18,324 nt of DNA from a bacterium (GTDB lineage: Bacteria > Zhuqueibacterota > Zhuqueibacteria > Zhuqueibacterales > Zhuqueibacteraceae), in the NCBI GenBank assembly GCA_044869275.1, contig JBIOXB010000108.1:1-18324 (forward strand). Direction: 5' to 3'. Positions within the stretch are counted from its first letter, which is position 1. Each line of letters opens with the position of its first letter. The notes under the pieces are model-generated. The model was not told the DNA's origin and made no database searches. It worked only from the letters and a program-made list of their open reading frames with translations. Made by a program: the position numbers and the translations under genes. Positions 8,103 through 15,560 of this stretch are shown here, in pieces.

Positions 8103-8167
8103 TGTTGAATTGTGAACGGTAAATTGTCAATTGTCAATTGACAGTTCACAATTCACCGTTATCAATT
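8103..8167. repeat. Heptamer-periodic palindromic hairpin after pruA
   Basis: TTGTGAA CGGTAAA TTGTCAA TTGTCAA | TTGACAG TTCACAA TTCACCG TTATCAA, with the central perfect palindrome TGTCAATTGACA at 8132-8143. Confidence 0.85.
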
Positions 8168-8211
8168 ATTCCGTTTGGCATCATCCCAGGAATTATGGAT
8201 TCGTTCGACTG

Positions 8212-8979
8212 ATGAGCATGGAAGAACTTTGGCACGCTTTACGACGAGAAGTCAAAGGTATTACACTCGATTTGTGGGGCACGATTTTAGATGACGCGCA
8301 TCCACCCACCGATACGATCCTTTACAGCGAACAAAGACAGTGGTTTCTCTTGGAGGAGTTGCAGCACAGCGGTTATGACGTCACCTCGAAACAAGTGGAA
8401 GCGGCCTACCAACAGGCCTGGCGTTATTTTGACGAGCTCTGGGAAAAACAAATCGGCTTCAACGCCGTCGATGGCTTGCGCGAAATGTTGAAATACCTGT
8501 GCGCGGAGCTGCCGCGGGAAAACTATCAGCGGGTTTTGGATTTTTTTGAAAGCTACAAAGTTCCGCCCTTGCCTTTGCACGGCGCCGTGCCCGCGATTCA
8601 AGAGCTGGCGCAACAATATCCCCTGGCTTTGATCTCGGACACGGCCTGGACACCCGGCTGGCGCTTGCGCGAAATTTTGGAGGAGTACGAAATTCTAAAA
8701 TGCTTTCGTGTGCTGATATTCTCCGGCGAAGTGGGCCGCACCAAGCCCCATCCCGAAATGTTCCAGCGCGCGCTGGCGGGCTTGCGGCTGCCCCCGCCGT
8801 CATGCCTGCACGTCGGTGATTTGCAGCGCACGGACGTAGCCGGCGCCAAAGCCATTGGGATGCGCGCGGCGTGGATTTACCGGCCGCAATATGCGGGCAA
8901 AGTGCAGGAAGACTATAGGCCGGATGTAATTGTCAAAAGTGTGGCGGAAGTTGCAAGAGAGGTATTGATTCAAGTATAA
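8212..8979 (+). CDS. HAD-superfamily hydrolase (subfamily IA)
   Basis: Motif I TLDLWGTI, motif II LISDT, motif III TKPHPEMF, motif IV HVGDLQRTDVAGA. Start is 8212 or 8218; the track's TTG start falls within the repeat. Confidence 0.9.
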   Translation: MSMEELWHALRREVKGITLDLWGTILDDAHPPTDTILYSEQRQWFLLEELQHSGYDVTSKQVEAAYQQAWRYFDELWEKQIGFNAVDGLREMLKYLCAELPRENYQRVLDFFESYKVPPLPLHGAVPAIQELAQQYPLALISDTAWTPGWRLREILEEYEILKCFRVLIFSGEVGRTKPHPEMFQRALAGLRLPPPSCLHVGDLQRTDVAGAKAIGMRAAWIYRPQYAGKVQEDYRPDVIVKSVAEVAREVLIQV

Positions 8980-9219
8980 AATTCGGATAAGCGTTTTGAG
9001 GAGGACTGGCAGAAGGAGGCGCAACGCACGTTAAGAAAGCTGTTTGGATAATCTTTGTCGTGCCGTGCGTGGGCATCAGATTTTTTTGAAGGAGGTAAGA
9101 CACAATCGTTGGAATTTTGGAATTATCCCATCTCCTGTTCTTAGTGAAGTCCTATTCTAGCCATAACTAGCATAAGAGCTTGATAGCGTATTTAGAAAAA
9201 AACGGTGAGGGAACCACAA

Positions 9220-10005
9220 ATGCGAACCCTGCAAAGAATTTGGGATGACATTCGCCGTGGTGAGAATATTGACCTGTATGCTACAGTTTGTGCGGCGATC
9301 GGTTTAGTGATTTTGAATCTTATTGGAATCGCCTCTACCACCTGGATTGCGCAAATCACTCTCGCTGTACTCGGCCTGATTGCGATTTCTACGATCGGGA
9401 ATAGATACCGTATCGAGGAAGTACTGAAGCATCTTACTTCTTCAGCATTCGGTGCTCCAAAGGTGTACTTAACTCCGGGCGAAATGGGAGACGACGGTAA
9501 GTTTATTGACGACATCAACAAGGCAAAGCACAGGATAGATCTGCAGGGATTAAGCCTATCATATTTGGCCACGAATCACAAAGTTTTGGCGGCACTACAG
9601 AAAAGAATATCGGCAGGAGTCAGGGTAAGAATTGCGATAATGTCGCCCGACAATCCTCTCATTGACGGCTGGCTTGGTTTCAGACAATTTAAGCACCCGG
9701 AGGTTTTAAGAACTCAATGTCGGGCTTGTGCAGACATTTTTGGTGAGTTTCAAAAAAGGTTAGGAAAAATTACCGGAAAACGCGGCCACTTCGATTTCGT
9801 TCTTTGTAAAACGAGTCCAATCTCAGTATCACTTAGAAGGTTCGACGACAAAATGCATGTCATTCATTTCATACCAAATCTGAATACCAGCGAAACGCCA
9901 GTGTACTTGATCAGGGAAACAGAAAATCGCGAGCTTTTTCAAACCTATGTCAGTGCATTCGAAGAACAATTCGACACACTCAAGAAGCAAATCATATCTC
10001 AATAG
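9220..10005 (+). CDS. Two-TM protein with a C-terminal PLD-like (DUF5919-like) domain lacking the HKD catalytic motif
   Basis: GAGGGA RBS before ATG 9220; two N-terminal hydrophobic helices. INKAKHRIDLQGLSL...AGVRVRIAIMSPD...SLRRFDDKMHV...TPVYLI...LFQTYVSAFEEQF follows the PLD-fold strand/helix pattern, but there is no HxKxxxxD. Confidence 0.75.
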   Translation: MRTLQRIWDDIRRGENIDLYATVCAAIGLVILNLIGIASTTWIAQITLAVLGLIAISTIGNRYRIEEVLKHLTSSAFGAPKVYLTPGEMGDDGKFIDDINKAKHRIDLQGLSLSYLATNHKVLAALQKRISAGVRVRIAIMSPDNPLIDGWLGFRQFKHPEVLRTQCRACADIFGEFQKRLGKITGKRGHFDFVLCKTSPISVSLRRFDDKMHVIHFIPNLNTSETPVYLIRETENRELFQTYVSAFEEQFDTLKKQIISQ

Positions 10006-10227
10006 GCATCCCTCATATCCGGAAAGCATGATTTTGTGGGGAAATAAAGTGCAGCAGAGTTCGAAGGAATCTAGCCCAAATTGAAGGAAGCCAAACTCAA
10101 AGAATGAGTCAAGTAACGATTCATTGTTGATATGTGCCTGAACTCTATCGCTCGGTGAATACAAACTGGCAGCAAATGTTTTTGACAAAGTTCTGAACTA
10201 AAATCAAACTGAGATAGAATGGAAACC

Positions 10228-11100
10228 CTAGAGCGCCAACGGCGCAACGTAGGACATGACGTGATGGCCTTTCTGCGTGAGACGATAACGTCGTGTGCTC
10301 GGGATCTTTCTTATGAGCCCATTTGCCAGCAATATGCCGAGCAGTCGTGACGTTCGTGTTATAAGCCGCCGCTTTTCTTCTGCAGTACTGCGTGGATCAA
10401 GATGAAATCTTCTCAGGTCTGCGCTTTGAAAGCCATGCGATCGACATTTGCTGCTTAGCATGAATTGGAAAAGTGAGCCCGCCTCAGGTGGCACTGTGCT
10501 TAGTTGACTATCGTGGTTAATTTTATGGCGAATCGGTCGTCCCACGTCATCCATCATCTGATACGATGCTCGGTGATCACCAATGGCAGGCAGCGATTGC
10601 AGGGATGTCGTCTTGGCTTGGCGCCTGACTTTAGCAGGTCCAGCGGTATTCATTGCGTCTTGAAGTCCACGCAATTGAGAGCTGTGAATCCCTCTTCCAT
10701 TCTTATTCAGAATTTGTATGAATGTGGTTTTTAAGTTATGTTTCAAAACGAAATTTACTAATCTCTTGTCCCAAATCTTGTTTTGATCGTAACCAAAACA
10801 GAATATGTCTGGCCGATGAGTTAAGAGCGATTTCAAACCATCTGAATACGAATCCACAAAAACATCTGCGATCAGATTTGTATTAATGACTTGGCCAAAA
10901 TGCAGCAACTTTTTTTTTCGTTCTTCGGCATCTTTAAGCGGGTAATAACCGCTGTTTTCAAATTTCTTGCTCGAAGGAACCACAATAACGTAAACTGTGC
11001 CTAGCAAATTTAATCGTTTGAGCAGCTCTTTGTGACCCTCATGCAGGTGATCGAAAGTGCCCCAGGTAAATACTTTAGGGCGATGTTGCTTCGTGGACAT
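10228..11100 (-). CDS. HxGH nucleotidyltransferase (cytidylyltransferase-like; RibL/TagD-like) fused to a C-terminal winged-helix region
   Basis: AGGGG RBS. aa 1-144: GTFDHLHEGH, P...EER, RPDIFCFGYDQ, IHSSQLR. aa ~225-280: HGFQSADLRR...SRLLGILLANGLIRKIPSTRRYRLTQKG, which is wHTH-like. Confidence 0.8.
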   Translation of the reverse strand: MSTKQHRPKVFTWGTFDHLHEGHKELLKRLNLLGTVYVIVVPSSKKFENSGYYPLKDAEERKKKLLHFGQVINTNLIADVFVDSYSDGLKSLLTHRPDIFCFGYDQNKIWDKRLVNFVLKHNLKTTFIQILNKNGRGIHSSQLRGLQDAMNTAGPAKVRRQAKTTSLQSLPAIGDHRASYQMMDDVGRPIRHKINHDSQLSTVPPEAGSLFQFMLSSKCRSHGFQSADLRRFHLDPRSTAEEKRRLITRTSRLLGILLANGLIRKIPSTRRYRLTQKGHHVMSYVAPLAL

Positions 11101-11198
11101 AACTTGCCCCTGGTGTTCAATAAAGATTGTAATTGCTGGTCAGCACAAGTACATTCGTTTTTCAAGGGACTTAGCTTGGATTATTCACAAAACCAAAC

Positions 11199-11222
11199 CT
11201 TTGTGCCTTGGTGTCTTTGCGG
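11199..11222. repeat. 8-nt-periodic REP-like half element
   Basis: CTTTGTGC CTTGGTGT CTTTGCGG; no clear inverted partner was found in the window. Confidence 0.45.
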
Positions 11223-11310
11223 TTTATGAATTATTCAGGCTAAATGTCATAAGTGTACCGGCCTTGAATCAAACGGGAAGAAATCAATTTTCATGCCGAA
11301 GGGAGGAGGA

Positions 11311-12111
11311 ATGCGCAGTCTATTAGCCAAATCGTTTTTGACTATTTGGGCATACAGTTGTGCTACGCAGCACGCGCCTTTTCCACCTGGCCGTCTGGTT
11401 GATCTGACTTACACCTTTTCCGAAGAAACCATCTATTGGCCCACTGCTAACACTTTCACCCTCGAAAAAGTCGCCGAAGGCGTAACCCCCGCCGGCTTCT
11501 TTTATGCCGCAAATAATTTTTCCGCCGCCGAACACGGCGGCACTCACCTCGATGCGCCGATTCATTTCGCGGCGGGCAAGAGCACGGCCGACGAAATTCC
11601 ACTCGAACGTTTGATCGGCGCGGCCATTGTGGTTGATGTTTCTTCTGCCGCGGCGGAAAATCGCGATTATCAAGTACAAGTTGCAGATTTTGAAAATTGG
11701 GAAAAAGGGAATGGCAGGATCCCCGATCAAGCCATGGTGCTGTTGCGCACGGGGTTTGGAAAATTCTGGCCGGACCGTGAAAAGTATATGGGCACGGCGG
11801 AACGCGGGCCGGAGGCGGTGGCCAAGCTGCATTTCCCGGGCTTGCACCCCGAAGCCGCGCGCTGGCTGGTGAATAATCGCAAGATCAACGCCCTCGGCAT
11901 CGACACGCCCAGCATCGATTACGGCCAGTCCACGCTTTTTGAAAGCCACGTGACGCTGTTTTCAGCAAACATTCCGGCGTTCGAGAACGTGGCCAATGTC
12001 GAGCAATTGCCGGCAAAAGGTGCAACATTGATCGCGTTGCCGATGAAAATCAAAGGCGGCAGCGGCGGGCCGCTGCGGATGGTGGCGATCGTCGCGGATG
12101 AATCTCCCTGA
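11311..12111 (+). CDS. Cyclase-family (kynurenine formamidase/isatin hydrolase-like) metallohydrolase, probably exported
   Basis: EHGGTHLDAPIHF (HxGTHxDxPxH), LLRTGF, LGIDTPSID, FENVAN and LIALPMKIKGGSGGPLR motifs. GGAGG RBS; N-terminal hydrophobic leader ending in SC. Confidence 0.92.
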   Translation: MRSLLAKSFLTIWAYSCATQHAPFPPGRLVDLTYTFSEETIYWPTANTFTLEKVAEGVTPAGFFYAANNFSAAEHGGTHLDAPIHFAAGKSTADEIPLERLIGAAIVVDVSSAAAENRDYQVQVADFENWEKGNGRIPDQAMVLLRTGFGKFWPDREKYMGTAERGPEAVAKLHFPGLHPEAARWLVNNRKINALGIDTPSIDYGQSTLFESHVTLFSANIPAFENVANVEQLPAKGATLIALPMKIKGGSGGPLRMVAIVADESP

Positions 12112-12115
12112 TCTT

Positions 12116-13267
12116 TCAACGCTCCACTCTCACCCATGCCGGCCGCTGTGATTTTGTGAGAAACTTGAAAAAGCCCAGCAACAGTGCGGAATTCACCACC
12201 ACGAAATAATAGGGATAAATGAGCAGCGGCAAATGAATGCGAAATTTCTCTAGCAGGTAGGCGAGGAGAGCAGTCAAATAAAAAAGAATCTGGCCCGCAA
12301 AGAGTATTTGGTATAAAGGTTTGTGGAGTAACATCACATTCGCGATGAACAGAATAATGAGGAGAAAAGGCACGAGCCAGCGGATGATTTTGTGCGACCA
12401 CAGTGCGAAGGCGATGAACCCCTTCGCGGGATGCAGTAACGGAAAGATCTCACGCAGGCCGTGAAAGTTCGCGGCACCGATGCGCACCTTCCGTTTGAAT
12501 TCGGATTTCAAATCGGGTGCGGTGAACTCAAAGCTCACCGCCTCCTTGTCGTACACCATGTCGTAACCGCGCTCCACCACACCCAATGGAATCAGGAAAT
12601 CATCCATCACGACGGTGTCGTTCGGCAAAGCTCTGAAGAGTTCCTTGCGAATGGCATAAATGGCGCCGTTGGCGCCGATGACCGTCCTGATTTTGCCTTC
12701 GAGATTCTTCAGAAAATTTTCATAGCTCCAATAAAATCGCTCGCCTTCTGCTTGGAGCTTGCCGTTGGGATTGAGCAGAACCAATCGCCCGCATACGCCG
12801 CCGACGCGCGCCTCGGAAAAATGTGAAACCAGCCGCCGCAGAGCGTCTTCGCGATACATGGTATTGGCATCGGAAAAAATGAGAACTTCGCCTCGGGCCC
12901 TGGGCGCGATGCGATTGAGCACGGAAGCCTTGCCACGCCGTTCGGTGAAATCCATCAGTTGAATGCGCGGGCTGGCTTGCTCCGCGATAATGGCGTTGGT
13001 GCGATCGGTTGAACCGTCGGAACCGATGATAATCTCGAGCTTGTCCTCGGGATATTCGAGTGCACCACAGTTTTTGATTTTTGCCGCGATAACCTCTTCT
13101 TCGTTATGCGCTGCGATCAACATGGAAACAAAAGGCAAGCGCCCGTTGTTTGCTTTCTGGCCTTGGGATTTGAAGAAAGCAAGCACGAGCAAGACGGCGG
13201 GATATCCCAGGTAGGTATGAAAAATCAAAATAAAGCTTACCCAAAAGAATGACTCGACCGAGATCAT
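12116..13267 (-). CDS. Glycosyltransferase family 2, membrane-bound (CESA-like)
   Basis: IAAHNEE, SDGSTD, GKA, FSDAN, GANGAIYAIR, DDF and RKVRI motifs, with N- and C-terminal TM helices. Confidence 0.93.
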   Translation of the reverse strand: MISVESFFWVSFILIFHTYLGYPAVLLVLAFFKSQGQKANNGRLPFVSMLIAAHNEEEVIAAKIKNCGALEYPEDKLEIIIGSDGSTDRTNAIIAEQASPRIQLMDFTERRGKASVLNRIAPRARGEVLIFSDANTMYREDALRRLVSHFSEARVGGVCGRLVLLNPNGKLQAEGERFYWSYENFLKNLEGKIRTVIGANGAIYAIRKELFRALPNDTVVMDDFLIPLGVVERGYDMVYDKEAVSFEFTAPDLKSEFKRKVRIGAANFHGLREIFPLLHPAKGFIAFALWSHKIIRWLVPFLLIILFIANVMLLHKPLYQILFAGQILFYLTALLAYLLEKFRIHLPLLIYPYYFVVVNSALLLGFFKFLTKSQRPAWVRVER

Positions 13268-13279
13268 CTTTAGCCTGTG

Positions 13280-14359
13280 TTATGTTGATCTTTTGATTTC
13301 AACCGCCTTGCGATAGGCTTCCAAATGCTGCCGCGCGACGTTATTGAAATGGTACATCGACAAATCGCCATAGTGGAGTTGTGCGCGAACCGACCCGGAC
13401 GCCCGGTCGAGCCATGCCAATCTTTCCATCAACGCGGCGCCGGAAGCGAGAGGGAAAGTGACCATTTGCGCGTGGTGGCGTTGATCGATTTCACGGCTGG
13501 CGGCGATTTCCGAGCGCAGGATCGGAGTGTTACAGCTCATGGCTTCGAGCAACGGAATGCCGAAGCCTTCATAGAGTGAAGGAAAAACCAGGGCCTTGGA
13601 ATGGCGGTATAATACCGCCACTTCTTCGTCAGGTAGGCGGCCGAGAATCTTGACGCGCACATCTCCAGCGATGGCGCTTTCGATCTCTTCATAGCCATAC
13701 CCTTTTTTCCCCACCAACGCCAGGAACGTCTCGTGCGCAATGGCTCCGCGCCGGTGCGCCGTGAGAAAGGTCTTTATCAAAAAAGGCAGATTCTTGCGTT
13801 TCTCCAGAGTGCCGACAAAGAGAAAAAAAGACTTGTCACACCAGACTTCATCCAAATGGCGGTTCACCTCCGGTTGATGGACAAACACCTCCCTCAGGCC
13901 GTTGAAGCATACGACAACTTTTTCCCGCGGGGTTTGCGGAGAAAACTCCAGAATTTCGTTTTGAACGGCATGAGAAGGTACGATGACGGAATCGGCCCTT
14001 TGCAGTGAATGGACCATGGCTTTGCGAATGTACGGCAGATACTGCGGCTCCATCGCCTCCGGGCAGAGAAACATGGAAAGATCGTGAATCGTCGTCGCTT
14101 TCGCCGCGCGCGAGGGAGTTGAAGGCGTATAAAAATTGATGTAATGAATCACGTCACACGCCGGCAACGCGTGTGTGGCGTTCACTTGCAAGAGATAAGC
14201 GGCACGCCTTGCACGACGCGGGAAACGGCGCAAGTGGCGATAATCGGCCAGGGTGACGTCAGCCAAAGCCTGCAAACTTTGAAAAAGCCCTAAGCATTGA
14301 TGGCCAATGCCCGTCAATGCGATGGTCGTCGATAGCCCGTCGTCAAGGAGTATTTTCAT
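13280..14359 (-). CDS. Glycosyltransferase family 4 (GT-B, MtfB/WbpY-like)
   Basis: True start placed at MKILLDDG (14359), overlapping the upstream gene by 17 bp. TGIG, TIHDL, FVGTLEKRKN and FPSLYEGFGIPLLEAM motifs. Confidence 0.92.
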   Translation of the reverse strand: MKILLDDGLSTTIALTGIGHQCLGLFQSLQALADVTLADYRHLRRFPRRARRAAYLLQVNATHALPACDVIHYINFYTPSTPSRAAKATTIHDLSMFLCPEAMEPQYLPYIRKAMVHSLQRADSVIVPSHAVQNEILEFSPQTPREKVVVCFNGLREVFVHQPEVNRHLDEVWCDKSFFLFVGTLEKRKNLPFLIKTFLTAHRRGAIAHETFLALVGKKGYGYEEIESAIAGDVRVKILGRLPDEEVAVLYRHSKALVFPSLYEGFGIPLLEAMSCNTPILRSEIAASREIDQRHHAQMVTFPLASGAALMERLAWLDRASGSVRAQLHYGDLSMYHFNNVARQHLEAYRKAVEIKRST

Positions 14360-15416
14360 GCTTCCGGGCAATATACTGAGAAAAAATTTCCGGGTAAAGC
14401 AGTTCGAGCTTTTGCTGGGGCAGGAGGAAAATGACCCCTTCGACGATCGGAAAATACTGGCGGCAACGCGGGCACGCGAAACCTTCTGACGCACGCGCCA
14501 GCTTGATTTCAGCCTGGTGGAGGAGACAGGACGGGCAAATAAAAGCCTCAACTGGAGCTGCGAGTTTTTGCGGCGGTGCGCCGGCTTTGCGGCAAACGCC
14601 CTTGATTCTTCCGCCGAACAAATAAGCGATCGGAAACTTAAAATAATCTTTAGAAGGAAACCACCGGGCATTCACGCTTTCCTTCAACGTTGACAGCTCT
14701 ACGTCTTTCTGACCAAACGGACTTAGGGCCGCTTCCCACGTTGCCAAAGAAATTTCATCATTCTCGATGATGCCGTGCTCGGTCTCATTGCAGTTTTTCT
14801 GGGCGAAAAAGAAATCCAGCGCCTTTTTCAGCTTGCCGGCCTGCCGCGCTTCCTGGGAATAGATTTTTTCGCTTTTGTACAAATTGAGATGCAGCGCCCT
14901 TTTGAACGGCTCTTCGTCGAAAAAGAAAAACCCGCCGGGCGTCATCACGCGATGAATCTCTCGCAGGATCGGCGCAGGGTCGGGGAAATGGTGGAGAGTT
15001 TCATAACAAAAAATGAAAGGCGTCGAGCCGCGGGCGAAGGGCATGAAATTGATGTCGCAACAAACGCGCAGTGGCATTTCGCTTTTCTGGAAAACGCGGC
15101 GATAATAATCGCCGCTTTTGAGCATGTCAAAGGAAAGATCGGCGGCGATGCCGTCGGCTTGCAAATCATTCTTCATGGCCAGCGCTCTTTGCCCCCGCTC
15201 CGCGCCGATTTCGAGATAGGGCGAGATACGAACACCGGCTTTTTGCAGCGCGGACATGTCAGAAACGGTTTTCGCCATTCTTTGCCGCATGATGTTTTCA
15301 ATGACGCTGCCGTCGAATTCATCGCGAAAAACGCTTTTGCCTTCCACTTGCTGCTGGACGAGCTTGCGTCGAAATTCGATTTCGCCGCGCTGGGAGGCGA
15401 GTTCTTGCATTTGCAT
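14343..15416 (-). CDS. Class I SAM-dependent methyltransferase with a C-terminal Trm112-like zinc-ribbon
   Basis: AAGGGA RBS before ATG 15416. YLEIGAERG, ADLSFDML, CDINFMPF, TLHHFPDP...EIHRVMTPGG and EEP motifs. C-terminal FICPSC...FACPRCRQYFPIVEGVIFLL. Confidence 0.88.
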   Translation of the reverse strand: MQMQELASQRGEIEFRRKLVQQQVEGKSVFRDEFDGSVIENIMRQRMAKTVSDMSALQKAGVRISPYLEIGAERGQRALAMKNDLQADGIAADLSFDMLKSGDYYRRVFQKSEMPLRVCCDINFMPFARGSTPFIFCYETLHHFPDPAPILREIHRVMTPGGFFFFDEEPFKRALHLNLYKSEKIYSQEARQAGKLKKALDFFFAQKNCNETEHGIIENDEISLATWEAALSPFGQKDVELSTLKESVNARWFPSKDYFKFPIAYLFGGRIKGVCRKAGAPPQKLAAPVEAFICPSCLLHQAEIKLARASEGFACPRCRQYFPIVEGVIFLLPQQKLELLYPEIFSQYIARKHENTP

Positions 15417-15498
15417 GCGCAAAATCCCTTTGCCAAATACTGCGAAGCTGGGGCGAAAAAAGATGCGTATGATCGCAAAATTGAAAAGTTCAGTGTGA

Positions 15499-15527
15499 AA
15501 GATAGGAAACAATTGGGGAGGAGGCAA
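15499..15527 (-). promoter_or_regulatory. Sigma70-type promoter for the MTase-GT4-GT2 genes
   Basis: Minus strand reads TTGCCT-(17 nt)-TATCTT, about 80 nt upstream of ATG 15416. Confidence 0.55.
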
Positions 15528-15560
15528 GAGGGTATTTTGAACAGTTAAGGTCTCTTGTTA

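Larger units (their letters stand above)
8980..11290. other. Low-GC accessory islet (boundaries approximate)
   Basis: Hand-counted 60-nt lines: 9841-9900 40% GC and 10741-10800 30% GC, versus 63% at 7141-7200 in pruA. Long non-coding or remnant stretches flank two atypical genes. No integrase or target-site duplication was seen. Confidence 0.7.

Noticed and set aside
6806..8149. 447-aa minus-strand ORF
   Set aside because: Antisense shadow of the P5C dehydrogenase; long antisense frames are common opposite GC-rich genes. It has no motifs and its start lies in the heptamer repeat.
4018..8167. CRISPR interpretation of the repeats
   Set aside because: Units are 7 nt and contiguous, with no unique spacers and no cas genes.
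4625..8979. pyrF-thrB-pruA-HAD as a novel pathway
   Set aside because: The three named enzymes look canonical and belong to unrelated pathways; this is most likely ordinary housekeeping gene shuffling.
9829..10188. 119-aa minus-strand ORF
   Set aside because: TTG start, no motifs, and half of it overlaps the better-supported 2TM gene.
14360..14671. 104-aa N-terminal extension of the GT4 ORF
   Set aside because: Lies within the methyltransferase in another frame; the GT-B fold begins at MKILLD (14359).
15465..15492. Second ECF-type promoter (GAACTT on the minus strand) upstream of the methyltransferase
   Set aside because: No matching -10 element at 16-17 nt spacing.
14775..15548. 257-aa plus-strand ORF
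   Set aside because: Antisense shadow of the methyltransferase with no recognisable motifs.
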